DNA of 64,000 bases from Candidatus Dadabacteria bacterium (GTDB taxonomy: Bacteria; Desulfobacterota_D; UBA1144; Nemesobacterales; JADFKM01), in the NCBI GenBank assembly GCA_022564935.1, contig JADFKM010000001.1, forward strand, positions 464 to 64,463, in the 5' to 3' direction. Below the pieces are notes generated by a model. It made no database searches. It was not told the DNA's origin and was given only the letters and a program-made list of their open reading frames with translations. Below, one piece after another: positions 29,885-40,198 of this stretch. A program made the translations under genes and the position numbers. Numbering within the stretch: the first letter of the stretch is position 1; each line of letters starts with the position of its first letter.

Positions 29885-31473
29885 GTACCGAAAGAGCGGT
29901 AAAGATATACGACGTGACCCTGAGGGACGGCACACAGGGCGAGGACATATCGTTCTCCGTCCAGGACAAGCTGCGTATCGTCGGGAAGCTGGACGAGCTG
30001 GGGGTGCACTATATAGAGGGCGGCTGGCCCGGCTCGAACGACAGGGACGAGGAGTTCTTCGAAGAGGTGAAGAAGATTAAGCTCCGGGCCTCAAGGATGG
30101 CCGCTTTCGGAAGCACACGCAGGGTATCCATAAGCTGCGATGAGGACGACAACATACAGGCGCTGTTGCGCGCCGAAACGCCCGTTGTTACCATCGTGGG
30201 CAAGAGCTGGGACTTCCATGTTACCGAGGTGCTGCGCATCGAGCTTGAGCAGAACCTCGAGATAATAAGGGACTCGCTGTCATACCTCAAGGAGCGCACC
30301 GACGAGGTGTTCTTCGACGCCGAGCACTTCTTCGACGGCTATAAGCGCAACCCCGAGTACGCCCTTGCTACTCTTAAGGCGGCCCTTGAGGCTGGGGCCG
30401 ATGTGGTTGTGCTTTGCGACACGAACGGGGGCACGATGCCCTGGGAAGTGGAGTCCATCGTCACTGAAGTGGGTACGAAGCTTGACTCGCCCCCTCTGGG
30501 CATACACACACACAACGACGGCGAGATGGGCGTCTCGAACACGCTGTACGCCGTTAGGGCCGGGGCCTCTCAGGTACAGGGCACGATTAACGGCTACGGC
30601 GAGAGGTGCGGCAACGCCAACCTGTGCTCCATCATACCCAACCTGAGGCTCAAGCTGGGCGTCGAGTGCATAAGCGACGACCGGGTTAAGAAGCTCTACG
30701 ACGTTTCCCACTTCGTGCACGAGCTGACGAACCTGCCTCCCGTCAAGCACCGCCCGTATGTCGGCCAAAGCGCGTTCGCCCACAAGGGGGGTCTGCACGT
30801 GAGCGCCGTGATGAAAGAGCCGCAGACCTATGAGCACATAGACCCTGATTTGGTGGGCAACAGGCGGAGGGTGCTTGTGTCGGACCTGTCGGGAAGGGGC
30901 AACATCGTCTACAAGGCAAAGGAGCTCGGCGTGGAGCTCGACCCCAAAGACCCGGTGGTCAAGAAGATCCTGGATGAGCTCAAGAAGCTTGAGAACGAGG
31001 GCTACGAGTTCGAAGGGGCGGACGCATCGCTCGAAGTGCTCATCAGGAAACTGCTGGGACAGTACAAAAAGCCCTTTGAGCTCAAAGGCGCGCGCATAAT
31101 CGTCGAGAAGCGAAGGCACGACGACGAGCCCATCTCCGAGGCCACGGTGCAGGTCGAGGTTGACGGGGTGATCGAGCACACCGCGGCCATCGGCAACGGC
31201 CCGGTAAATGCCCTTGACGGCGCGCTCCACAAGGCACTCGAGAAGTTCTACCCGCAGCTAAAGGACATAAAGCTTCGCGACTACAGGGTGCGCGTTGTTT
31301 CGACCGGGCATGGCACGGACGCAGTGGTGAGGGTGCTCATTGAGTCCACGGACGGCGTGAGGAGCTGGAGCACCGTGGGGGTGAGCGAGAACATCGTCGA
31401 GGCTAGCTGGAAGGCCATGGTGGACAGCATCGACTACAAGCTCATGAGCGACGCCCGCAACTCTGAGGGATGA
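29881..31473 (+). CDS. cimA: Citramalate synthase
   Basis: [46 protein letters not shown]. Confidence 0.93.
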   Translation: MSTERAVKIYDVTLRDGTQGEDISFSVQDKLRIVGKLDELGVHYIEGGWPGSNDRDEEFFEEVKKIKLRASRMAAFGSTRRVSISCDEDDNIQALLRAETPVVTIVGKSWDFHVTEVLRIELEQNLEIIRDSLSYLKERTDEVFFDAEHFFDGYKRNPEYALATLKAALEAGADVVVLCDTNGGTMPWEVESIVTEVGTKLDSPPLGIHTHNDGEMGVSNTLYAVRAGASQVQGTINGYGERCGNANLCSIIPNLRLKLGVECISDDRVKKLYDVSHFVHELTNLPPVKHRPYVGQSAFAHKGGLHVSAVMKEPQTYEHIDPDLVGNRRRVLVSDLSGRGNIVYKAKELGVELDPKDPVVKKILDELKKLENEGYEFEGADASLEVLIRKLLGQYKKPFELKGARIIVEKRRHDDEPISEATVQVEVDGVIEHTAAIGNGPVNALDGALHKALEKFYPQLKDIKLRDYRVRVVSTGHGTDAVVRVLIESTDGVRSWSTVGVSENIVEASWKAMVDSIDYKLMSDARNSEG

Positions 31474-31479
31474 GTGTGC

Positions 31480-31537
31480 GGGGGGGCCAAGGGGGGTAGA
31501 AAAGGGGGGGGGTAAGAAAAGGGGGGTAAGAAGAGGG
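31480..31537 (+). repeat. G-tract low-complexity repeat
   Basis: G7-CCAA-G6-TAGAAAA-G9-TAAGAAAA-G6-TAAGAAGA-G3. Confidence 0.75.
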
Positions 31538-31674
31538 TCAAACCGGCTCGGAAGCCCCTGGCATGCCCTAGCGATTAACCCCGTTCCACACCTTTCTAGA
31601 ATCTGAGTAACAAATTAATAACCCCCGTTTACAACTACCGCCGGTAGTTGTAGAATCGTGAGCTGGAGTTTCGA

Positions 31675-32712
31675 ATGACGATTACTGTAAGCATTCTCGG
31701 AGCCACCGGGTATACGGGCGCGGAGCTTCTGCGGCTCCTCGTCAGTCACCCGGAGGTGGAGATATCGTGGCTTACCTCGGAGAAGTTCGCCGGGCAGCGC
31801 ATCGACGAGGTATTCCCGAATCTAGTGGGGTTCTGCGACCTCCGGTGCGAGAGCATCTCGAAGCTCGGTGAGCTGCCCTCTATAGACCTTGCGTTCTCAT
31901 GCCTCCCTCACGGGACTTCGATGCACTTCGTGGGGATCCTTGTGGACAACGACATCAGGGTGGTGGATTTCAGCGCCGATTTCAGGTTCCGCAGAGCGGA
32001 TAACTACACCCGCTGGTACGGCAGGGAGCACGAAAGGCCCGATCTGGTATCCGAGGCGGCCTACGGCCTGACGGAGCTCTACAGGAAAAATATCACGAAG
32101 GCGCGCCTCGTGGCCAACCCCGGCTGTTTTGCCACCGGGGCCGTTCTGGGGGTCGCCCCCCTGAGCACCGAGGGGCTGCTGTCCGGTACGACCGTAGTGG
32201 TGGACGCCAAGGGAGGGATGTCGGGGGTGGGCAGGGCGCCTGTGCTCGGGGCCCATTTCGTCGAGGTGAATGAAGCCATATCGGCAGGGCCGCTCGAGGG
32301 TCACGGGCAGAAGGGGGAGATCGAGCAGGAGCTTAGGAACATAGCCGTGGAGCCGTCAAAAGCCGTTTTTATCCCCCACACCGTGCCCGTCTCGAGGGGC
32401 ATTTTCACCACCATTTATGCGGATTTTCCCAGGAGATTATACATACCTGAGGTGCTGGAGTACTACAGGGAGTTTTACAGGGGCGAGCGGTTCATAAGGT
32501 TGTGCCCTGAGGGTACGGTACCGGACGTCAAAAACACCCGGTACTCCAATTTCATCGATATAGGAATAGGGATTCAGGATGGGAAGGTGATAATCTGCAT
32601 CGCGCTCGACAACCTGGGAAAGGGCGCTTCGGGACAGGCCGTCCAAAATATGAACGTCATGTTCGGCTTCGACGAGGGTGAGGGACTCAAACACGGGGGT
32701 ATGTTCCCGTAG
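31675..32712 (+). CDS. argC: N-acetyl-gamma-glutamyl-phosphate reductase
   Basis: GATGYTG, LPHG, SADFR, YGLTE, ANPGCF, DNLGKGASGQAVQNMN. Confidence 0.95.
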   Translation: MTITVSILGATGYTGAELLRLLVSHPEVEISWLTSEKFAGQRIDEVFPNLVGFCDLRCESISKLGELPSIDLAFSCLPHGTSMHFVGILVDNDIRVVDFSADFRFRRADNYTRWYGREHERPDLVSEAAYGLTELYRKNITKARLVANPGCFATGAVLGVAPLSTEGLLSGTTVVVDAKGGMSGVGRAPVLGAHFVEVNEAISAGPLEGHGQKGEIEQELRNIAVEPSKAVFIPHTVPVSRGIFTTIYADFPRRLYIPEVLEYYREFYRGERFIRLCPEGTVPDVKNTRYSNFIDIGIGIQDGKVIICIALDNLGKGASGQAVQNMNVMFGFDEGEGLKHGGMFP

Positions 32713-32721
32713 GAGGTCGGG

Positions 32722-34215
32722 ATGAGCGAGACGGGCGGAGTATGGAGCTTGCTCCTGCGCTCGGCCGGGAGGTTCCCGGAGAGGACGGCGGCGGTCGAGG
32801 GGGGCAGGCATATGACTTACGCCGGGCTGCTGCGGAGGGTTAGGAGCCTCGGAGCGCATCTCAGAATAAAAGGCTTCGGGAAGCGCGACAAGATCGGGCT
32901 GCTCCTTCCAAACTCAACTGAGTTCGTCGTCTCTTTTTTCGCCGCCTCAGGCATCGGGGCCGTATCCGTTCCGATTAATCCCGCCTACACCGAAGACGAG
33001 ATCCGGTTCTATGTCGAGCACGGCTCCCTGCGGCTGCTGGTTACGTCTACAGACTTAGCGGGCGTCGCGGTGAAGGTAACCGAGGGCACGGGCGCTAAGG
33101 TCATGACCGTCAAGGGGGACTCGGCGGACTGGGTCTTCGACACCGAAGCCCTTGCTCCTGAGGTCGAAGAGGACATTGCTCCTGATGACGAAGCGGTATA
33201 CCTCTACTCAACCGGCTCCACGGGTAGCCCAAAGCGCGTCGGCAGGACGCACGCAAACCTGACGGCGCTTGCCTTTAACCACACGGAGACCATCGGATGG
33301 AGCGAGGAGGACAGGGTGCTTTTCACCGTCCCTCTCAGCCACACCTACGGGTTCGGCAATTTCCTCGGCGCAGTGAAGGTGGGTGCTTCTATGTATATGA
33401 TGGGGCATATGGCAGGCGGCTTCAAGAGGGGTGAGGTAATCGAGGTCATCGAGCGCGAATCTATAACCGTTTTTCCTGCTGTGCCCTTCATGCTCGGTAT
33501 CCTGGCCGACACCCACCTGCAGCGCAGAGTGGATTTTTCATCGCTGCGCATGGCGCTTTCGGCAGGCGCCCCGCTGACAGGAGACGTGTATACGAAGTTT
33601 AGGGACAAGTTCGGCGTCCAGCCGCGCCAGCTCTACGGCTCCACGGAAACGGGGGTGATCGCCATAAACATGAGCGAGGACGTCGACACCAGGTTCGATT
33701 CTGTGGGCAGGCCGGTTGCTAATGTGGATGTAAGGGTCGTGGGGCCGGACGGCTCGGAGCGCGGCGTTGATGAGAGGGGCGAGATAACGGTGAGAAGCCC
33801 GTCGATGACCACGTCATACTACGACCTCCCCGAGGAGACTGCGAGGGTCTTTAAGGGCGGGTACTACCACACCGGAGATATAGGCAGGGTGGACTCCGAT
33901 GGGTACATATACATCGAGGGGAGGGAGAAGCTGGTGATAAACGTGGCCGGGAACAAGGTAGACCCGGCGGAGGTGGAAGCAGTATTGTGCGCTCATCCCG
34001 CGGTGAAAGAGGCCGCCGTCGTGGGCATTGCGGACGAGGGGGGCGCCGAGGTTGTGAAGGCGGTGATCGTGTTGGAGGGTGAGCTTGAGCGGGCGGAGGT
34101 CGTGCAGTATTTAAAGGGCAGGCTGTCGGGCTTCAAGATACCGCGTGTTCTTGAATTCCGGGACGAGATTCCAAGAAGCCCAACCGGAAAGGTGCTCCGG
34201 GAGAGGCTGAGGTAG
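32722..34215 (+). CDS. Class I adenylate-forming enzyme (acyl-CoA/acyl-ACP ligase family)
   Basis: YSTGSTGSPK, YGSTETG, YHTGDIG, PRSPTGK. Confidence 0.9.
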   Translation: MSETGGVWSLLLRSAGRFPERTAAVEGGRHMTYAGLLRRVRSLGAHLRIKGFGKRDKIGLLLPNSTEFVVSFFAASGIGAVSVPINPAYTEDEIRFYVEHGSLRLLVTSTDLAGVAVKVTEGTGAKVMTVKGDSADWVFDTEALAPEVEEDIAPDDEAVYLYSTGSTGSPKRVGRTHANLTALAFNHTETIGWSEEDRVLFTVPLSHTYGFGNFLGAVKVGASMYMMGHMAGGFKRGEVIEVIERESITVFPAVPFMLGILADTHLQRRVDFSSLRMALSAGAPLTGDVYTKFRDKFGVQPRQLYGSTETGVIAINMSEDVDTRFDSVGRPVANVDVRVVGPDGSERGVDERGEITVRSPSMTTSYYDLPEETARVFKGGYYHTGDIGRVDSDGYIYIEGREKLVINVAGNKVDPAEVEAVLCAHPAVKEAAVVGIADEGGAEVVKAVIVLEGELERAEVVQYLKGRLSGFKIPRVLEFRDEIPRSPTGKVLRERLR

Positions 34216-34263
34216 GGTAAAATTTGACGGGGAGTGAGAACAACTCAGGGTATAATTGACTCA

Positions 34264-34524
34264 ATGCAGGACGATATAAAGGCGCGCATAAGGAAGGTGC
34301 TCGGCCGTAAGCTCAGGGACATCGATGTCGGGGCGATTGCCGACGAAGCGCTGCTCATAGAGTACGGCGTTGGGGCCGATTCTGTGGCGACGCTCGAGCT
34401 GCTCGTGGCCCTGGAGGGCGAGTTCGGCGTGAGCATTGACGAGAGCGCCGTCACGCTTGCCGAGCTTGAGAGCGTGAGCGCCATGGCGGGGTTTATTGCC
34501 AAGCTGCTTGAACGCGGCGGCTGA
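34264..34524 (+). CDS. Acyl/peptidyl carrier protein
   Basis: 86 aa, acidic, with the GADSVATLEL phosphopantetheine motif and LEGEFGV. Confidence 0.85.
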   Translation: MQDDIKARIRKVLGRKLRDIDVGAIADEALLIEYGVGADSVATLELLVALEGEFGVSIDESAVTLAELESVSAMAGFIAKLLERGG

Positions 34525-34634
34525 GGCGCTTGGCCGCAATAAGGGCACAGTCCACTGCGACCTCCCGGTGCTTTTAACCTAGGGCGGCTCAGGTTTCATC
34601 CCTGGAGGGAATCCCCATCGTTAGTCCCTGAGAC

Positions 34635-35354
34635 TCAATCCTCTGGGGGTTTTTCTTTGAAATGGGCGTCGAATGTGCTGATGACTTCCCTGTGCACCTG
34701 CTCGCTCGCCTTGGCTATGGGCTCTAGTACTACCTTTTCATATACTCCGGAGGCTACATTCTCCAGGTTTTCGTCTCCCGTTGTGCGGGCAAGTCTGAGC
34801 ACTGCGATTGAGTTGTAGAAGATCGCCTTCGACAGGGCGCGCCTGGCGTCGTCGTACTCGAAACTCTCAAGCGCCGTCTGAGCTTCCAGCATCGCGTAAA
34901 ATCCGACTCCGCAAAATAGGGTCAGCAGCTTCTTGGCCTCCTTGGGGGACATGCCCTCGATCAAGTATATGAGCGGCGCCTGGACAATGGCCTCAATTTC
35001 TTCGATGCTCCTGCTTAGCATTGTGGCAAGCTGCCTCATCTTTTCCTCGTCCACCCTGCCGAGCAGGTCGAGAAGCGCCTTTTGGACGTATTCCAGTGCG
35101 AAGCTCTCCCGGATGTCATCGAGGGAGAGGCCATCGGTTTTCAGGGCCTTGATCTGGGCCAGCTTTTCTATTGTGGAGGCCGGGTAATACAGAGTGGTGG
35201 CTTTGTCGCCCTTACCCTTTGCCTTCTTGCGTTTGGGTTTGGAGATGAAACCGAGCTTCGTGTAGAAGCTAATGGTCTTTTTGGAGTCCTCGCCGAGATT
35301 TATGTTGCGCTTTTCGGCCTCGGCTATCAACTCATCTATGTTCAGCTCCCTCAT
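34635..35354 (-). CDS. MerR-like HTH protein
   Basis: TISFYTKLGFISKP...LYYP...IKALKTDGLSLDDIRE winged-helix pattern, with an unassigned helical C-domain. Confidence 0.7.
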   Translation of the reverse strand: MRELNIDELIAEAEKRNINLGEDSKKTISFYTKLGFISKPKRKKAKGKGDKATTLYYPASTIEKLAQIKALKTDGLSLDDIRESFALEYVQKALLDLLGRVDEEKMRQLATMLSRSIEEIEAIVQAPLIYLIEGMSPKEAKKLLTLFCGVGFYAMLEAQTALESFEYDDARRALSKAIFYNSIAVLRLARTTGDENLENVASGVYEKVVLEPIAKASEQVHREVISTFDAHFKEKPPED

Positions 35355-35464
35355 ACTAATGATATTAAGCCCGATGGGGGTTGTTTGTCAATCGGTATTT
35401 TAAGCCCCCTTAGAGATGCTCGCAGCTCGTTACCAAGGGGAGAAAGAGGCGCTGTGTGGTGCGC

Positions 35465-36217
35465 TCAGTTAAGCTCGATGCGCTCTTTTATCTTGCCCAA
35501 TATATGTGGGAGCACCTGAGAGGGCTTGCCGTATATGACGGCGTGGGCGTAGTCGTCGGCCAGGCTCTCCCGCTCGCTTATTATCACGATCTTCGCGCCC
35601 TGCTCGTGGGCGACGGCCGGAAGCGATGCGCCAGGCTGCACGTCTAGGGACGCCCCCGCTATGAGGAACAGCTCGCATCCGTGGAGCTGCATCCACGCCT
35701 CCCGTATCTCCCAGTGAGGCGGGGGCTGGCCGGGGAAAGAGATTCCGGGCTTGAGCAGGTCTTTGCCGCACGCCTCACATGCGGGAACCTCGGCTCCCTT
35801 CTCAAGCACAGACATTATATCATCGGTGCGTGCGTCCTTGCCGCAGCTCGTACAGATGATCCACTGTATGGAGCTGTGAAGCTCTATTACATCGAGGGTT
35901 CCCGCGCGCTGGTGGAGGCCGTCGGTGGCCTGTGTGAAGAGCGAGTGGACGTAACCCATCATCCCGAGCTCTGCCAGGGCCTCGTGTGCCGGGTTGGGTG
36001 CGGCATTTGCCAGCAGGTGATACGCCGACCTGAGGCTCTTCCAGTATTTAGCCCTGACCTCTCTACTCGAGCGAAAATTGCTTATCGGGGGGTTGAACTC
36101 CGGGTCTGAGAAGTCCGGCAGCCCCGATTCCGCGGATATCTCGGGGCCCGTGAGCACCAGAGTTTTTTTCGAGCTGAGAATCCATTCTATAGAGGATTCT
36201 AATGCGTCCCTTTCCAT
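35465..36217 (-). CDS. Sirtuin (CobB/Sir2) homolog with degenerate NAD-binding motifs
   Basis: ISAESGLPDF, PNPAH, DGLHQRAG, IELH, CxxC...CxxC. Confidence 0.85.
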   Translation of the reverse strand: MERDALESSIEWILSSKKTLVLTGPEISAESGLPDFSDPEFNPPISNFRSSREVRAKYWKSLRSAYHLLANAAPNPAHEALAELGMMGYVHSLFTQATDGLHQRAGTLDVIELHSSIQWIICTSCGKDARTDDIMSVLEKGAEVPACEACGKDLLKPGISFPGQPPPHWEIREAWMQLHGCELFLIAGASLDVQPGASLPAVAHEQGAKIVIISERESLADDYAHAVIYGKPSQVLPHILGKIKERIELN

Positions 36218-36385
36218 GCTATAATCTATTATACTATGATACCCCTTGGGGCACTACACTCCATTTCCATACCAGTTCTGAAGAGCCTGCCCACAGAATG
36301 CGTCGACAAGAAGCGATTTACAAACGGATAAAAGGCGTTTTGAGTTAATTCCGGGGCGATTAGACCACAGTTTACGGATAAAGGC

Positions 36386-36721
36386 ATGAAGCCCAAGGAG
36401 ATTACGGAGTTTAGCCAGAGCGCGCTCCTCATTACGTGGGAAGACGGCCACGAGAGCGTATACGCCTACGAGGAGTTGAGGGAAGTGTGCCCGTGCGCAG
36501 CCTGCAACACCGATGGAAAGCGGGAGGAGAAGCCCAAATCGGGATTCAGGCGCATTCCGCTCAGGGTTTCAAGGGCGAATGTGACCTCAAAGAGAATTGA
36601 GGATGTTGGGAGCTACGCCATCAGGTTTTATTGGAGCGACGGGCACGACACGGGCATCTACACATTCGATTTTCTGCGCAGCATGTGCTCCTGCAACGAT
36701 TGTATGCCCGAGGCCGGGTGA
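36386..36721 (+). CDS. DUF971 (GBBH-like N-terminal) Fe-S/Zn protein
   Basis: WEDGH, LREVCPCAAC, VGSYA, WSDGHDTGIYTF. Confidence 0.9.
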   Translation: MKPKEITEFSQSALLITWEDGHESVYAYEELREVCPCAACNTDGKREEKPKSGFRRIPLRVSRANVTSKRIEDVGSYAIRFYWSDGHDTGIYTFDFLRSMCSCNDCMPEAG

Positions 36722-36842
36722 GGCGCTTTGACCGCCGAAGCGCACCGTACAACCATAAATCAGGCGTTTCAGCCGTGAGTGATGTTGCAGGCAACCCGCT
36801 TGAAAGTGATTTTTGCAGCCACACATAGAGGAGGTGAGCCTT

Positions 36843-37799
36843 ATGGACGCGCTGCATGAAGCCGCCCTCATCGCCGTAAGGGATTGTATGGGGGTAAAGC
36901 CGGGCGAGAAGGCGCTTGTGATTACCGACGGGCCCACGAGGAAGATCGGGTACGCGCTGTTTGAGGTGGCTAAGAAGCTGGGGGCTGAGGCGTTTTTCAT
37001 CGAGATTATAACCCGCTCCTCCAACGGGCAGGAGCCCCCGGCGCCGGTGGCCGAGCTGATGAAGCTCGTGGACGTAATATTGATACCGACGCTTATGTCG
37101 ATGAGCCACACAGACTCGAGGCGCGAGGCATCGAAAAATGGCGTGAGGATAGCCACCCTTCCGGGCATCACCGAGGATCTCATGGTGCGGACCCTGGGGG
37201 CGGACTACTTCGAGATCGGAAAGTTGAGCGACGCCGTGGCGAAGCTACTCACCGAAGGCTTCGAGGTCAGGGTCACCTCCGCTAACGGAACTGACGTGAC
37301 CATGGATATAACCGGAAGGGACGGCGCGGCGGATACGGGGCTTAACCACACCCCGGGGAGCTTCAGCAACCTCCCCGCGGGTGAGGCATATCTCGCCCCG
37401 ATGGAAGGACGCTCGGAGGGCGTTGTGGTGATCGACGGCTCAATGGCTGGGATCGGGCTGCTTGGGGAAGAGCGGATCCGCATCGAAATTACCGGCGGCT
37501 ACGCTACCGCCATAACGGGGGGCGAGGCGGCGGAGAAGCTTCTGTCTCTTATGGAGCCGCACGGCGCTCCGGCCTTTAACGTCGCAGAGCTCGGCATAGG
37601 CACTAACGACAGGGCGCGCATAATGGGGAACGTGCTCGAGGACGAAAAGGCCATCGGCACCGCTCATATTGCTTTCGGGGACAACAAGAGCATGGGTGGT
37701 ACGGTGCGCGTCGCCAGCCACCTTGACGGCGTGATACTCAGCCCCTCGGTACTTATCGACGGCAAGCCGGTGCTTGAGGACGGGGAGCTTGTGCTTTAG
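36843..37799 (+). CDS. M29-like (aminopeptidase T) metallopeptidase
   Basis: NLPAGE, AELGIGTN, LEDEK, HIAFG, HLD. Confidence 0.88.
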   Translation: MDALHEAALIAVRDCMGVKPGEKALVITDGPTRKIGYALFEVAKKLGAEAFFIEIITRSSNGQEPPAPVAELMKLVDVILIPTLMSMSHTDSRREASKNGVRIATLPGITEDLMVRTLGADYFEIGKLSDAVAKLLTEGFEVRVTSANGTDVTMDITGRDGAADTGLNHTPGSFSNLPAGEAYLAPMEGRSEGVVVIDGSMAGIGLLGEERIRIEITGGYATAITGGEAAEKLLSLMEPHGAPAFNVAELGIGTNDRARIMGNVLEDEKAIGTAHIAFGDNKSMGGTVRVASHLDGVILSPSVLIDGKPVLEDGELVL

Positions 37800-37894
37800 C
37801 CGCTGCTAATCCCGCTTACGACACCCCCTCACCCCTCTATCCCGCGGGTAACTCCTTTTTTTTGGGGGGCATTCTGTGGTAAATTTAAGATACT

Positions 37895-40144
37895 ATGCAT
37901 CATGAAACCACGAAAATCGTGTTCCTCGGCTCCCCGGGGATTGTCGAGGTAGTGGTGCTTGTACTTTTGTTCGCCGTAGTTCTACTGAGCTCGGTCTACA
38001 CGGCTAGGCGCCTCGGCTCGCTGAAGCAGAAAGCGACGCTGAGCATACTACGCGCCCTCAGTTTTATCCTCATGGCCCTCATACTGTTAAACCCCGCGAA
38101 GAGTGTGGAGCAATACAGGGAGGATAAGCCGCGGCTTGCCGTATTGATAGACTCCTCATACAGCATGAACCTGCCCTCAGGGGATAGCGTGGGCACGCCC
38201 AGGATAGAGGCGTTAAGGGATTTTATAGAACGCAGCGCCCCTTTTTGGAGTGGGATCGAGAGGGATTTCATCACCAGCTACTACACCTTCGACTCCGGAC
38301 TCCGGGACGCCTCAAGCGGTTCGGTAGGTGACCTGCTGCCTGTGGGCAAGCACTCGGCCATCCTAGGCGCCCTGAAAGAGGTCGCCGGTGCGGAGCGGTC
38401 CCTGGGGATTGATAGAGTCCTGCTTATCTCTGACGGGGCGCAGCGCGGTGTCACGCCCGAGGCGCTTGATGATGCCGTCATAGACCTGCCTTTTCCCGTT
38501 TACACCCTCGCTGTCGCCAAAGGCGACATAAAGGACATACGCATAGAAAAGGTGCGGGCGAGCGGCATATCGTTCCTGAAGCGCCCGTTCAAAGTGGAGG
38601 TGGAGATAGGGGCAGACGGAATAACGGATGTCGAGGTACCGGTTACGATCAAAGAGGGCTCGAGGGTGGTTCTTACAAAACAGGCTCTAAAAATACCCGG
38701 ATCCGGAAGGGCGGGGGTCGAGTTCCAGATTAAGCCCACCGCTGCGGGTAGGAAGGTCTACACCGTGTCTATTCCTGCGGTCTCGGGCGACCAAGTGCCT
38801 GAGAACAACGAGAGGTCGTTTGTGGTGGATGTGATAATCGACCGGATCAGGGTGCTTCATATCTCGGGCAGCCCGTCCTGGGACTCGAAGTTTTTGAGGA
38901 AGTCCCTGAAGAGAAACCCCAATGTCGACCTTGTGGCCTTTTTTATCTTACGTGACCCTTCCGACCTGGTGTTCGCTTCACAGAACGAGCTCAGCCTCAT
39001 TCCATTTCCCGTGAACGACCTCTTCGGCCCTAACCTGGAGAATTTTGACGTCTTGATATTTCAAAATTTCAAGACCACCGCATACGGGGTGTCGTTCTAC
39101 CATCTGAACAACATAAGAAAATATGTCCTTAACAAGGGGGGCGCGTTCTTGATGATTGGAGGGGTGAAGAGCTTCGACGGCGGTCTTTTCGGCTCGACCC
39201 CGCTCAGAGATGTCCTGCCCGTCCGGCTCAGGTCGTCTCGAACGGAGGCGCCCGGGGCGGTTAACAAGCAGTTGACAAAAGCCAAACTCACGCGGCTCGG
39301 CGAAAAGCACGCCGTAATGAGTATCGTGCCCAAACGGAAAAACAATAAGCAAAACTGGAACTCCCTTCCAGCCCTGGACGGTTATAATATTGTAGGTGGG
39401 GTAAAACCGGGCGCCCAGCTGCTCCTAAGGGCGCCGGGGGACGCGCCGCTTTTTGTGCTGGACGAGGCGGGCTCCGGCAAGGTGGCCTCGTTCCTATCGG
39501 ACTCCTCCTGGAGGTGGGCCTTTTTGTCCGCCCAGGGAGGGGAGAAGATCTCTTACTACGACAGGTTTTGGGGCAGGCTCCTTCGCTGGCTGGTGGACGA
39601 CCCGGAGCTCAAAGATGTGAGAGTGTCGTCTGATAAAGCGGTTTACAACCCGGGGGACACGGCGAATATAGACGTGTGGACGCTGGGTGAGGAGAAAGAG
39701 ACGGGGGAGCTAAGTACGACCGTCACGCTGCCCGGAGGCGAAGAGGTGGAGCTCTCGCTTAAGCGAAGCGGGGAGGGTATGAAAGGGGTGCTCTTAATGA
39801 ATCGAAGGGGTGTGTACAGAGCTTCGGTGAAGGGGGAGACGGGCGCAGGACATGGCGTCGTTGGAACGGTCGATGAGACCTATTTTGTTATGGAGGCTCC
39901 ACTGGGCGAGGTATTTCGCAAGACCGCTGACACCGAGCTTCTGAAACAGATTGCAAAGAAAACCGGCGGTAGTTTCAGCACCGTTTGGGACAAGGCGGGC
40001 GGTCTTGGTCTGTCTTATTCTCCAAAGCTGACCATTACGGGTTATAAGACGCAGAGCGTCTGGGACACCCCGCTAGTGTTCGCCCTGCTGGTGGGCGTTT
40101 TCGCCGGGGAGCTCATTTTGAGGAGGAGGTGGGGGCTGAGGTAG
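37895..40144 (+). CDS. Membrane protein with vWA-like and DUF1355 glutamine-amidotransferase-like domains
   Basis: N-terminal TMs, IDSSYSM (MIDAS-like), LISDG, LKRNPNVDLVAFFILR, ELSLIPFP, C-terminal LRRRWGL. Confidence 0.8.
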   Translation: MHHETTKIVFLGSPGIVEVVVLVLLFAVVLLSSVYTARRLGSLKQKATLSILRALSFILMALILLNPAKSVEQYREDKPRLAVLIDSSYSMNLPSGDSVGTPRIEALRDFIERSAPFWSGIERDFITSYYTFDSGLRDASSGSVGDLLPVGKHSAILGALKEVAGAERSLGIDRVLLISDGAQRGVTPEALDDAVIDLPFPVYTLAVAKGDIKDIRIEKVRASGISFLKRPFKVEVEIGADGITDVEVPVTIKEGSRVVLTKQALKIPGSGRAGVEFQIKPTAAGRKVYTVSIPAVSGDQVPENNERSFVVDVIIDRIRVLHISGSPSWDSKFLRKSLKRNPNVDLVAFFILRDPSDLVFASQNELSLIPFPVNDLFGPNLENFDVLIFQNFKTTAYGVSFYHLNNIRKYVLNKGGAFLMIGGVKSFDGGLFGSTPLRDVLPVRLRSSRTEAPGAVNKQLTKAKLTRLGEKHAVMSIVPKRKNNKQNWNSLPALDGYNIVGGVKPGAQLLLRAPGDAPLFVLDEAGSGKVASFLSDSSWRWAFLSAQGGEKISYYDRFWGRLLRWLVDDPELKDVRVSSDKAVYNPGDTANIDVWTLGEEKETGELSTTVTLPGGEEVELSLKRSGEGMKGVLLMNRRGVYRASVKGETGAGHGVVGTVDETYFVMEAPLGEVFRKTADTELLKQIAKKTGGSFSTVWDKAGGLGLSYSPKLTITGYKTQSVWDTPLVFALLVGVFAGELILRRRWGLR

Positions 40145-40198
40145 ACCGCCGCTCCCGGCTGCGGAGGTATATTTAGCACGATTTGTGGAGGTTAACGC

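Noticed and set aside
27182..31230. Long antisense ORFs (27182-28396, 28490-29719, 30280-31230 and similar elsewhere)
   Set aside because: They are shadows of well-supported GC-rich genes and have no recognisable motifs.
34525..34630. Riboswitch/ncRNA or HD-domain remnant (minus strand MGIPSRDET*)
   Set aside because: It matches no RNA consensus I can verify, and the peptide similarity is too short.
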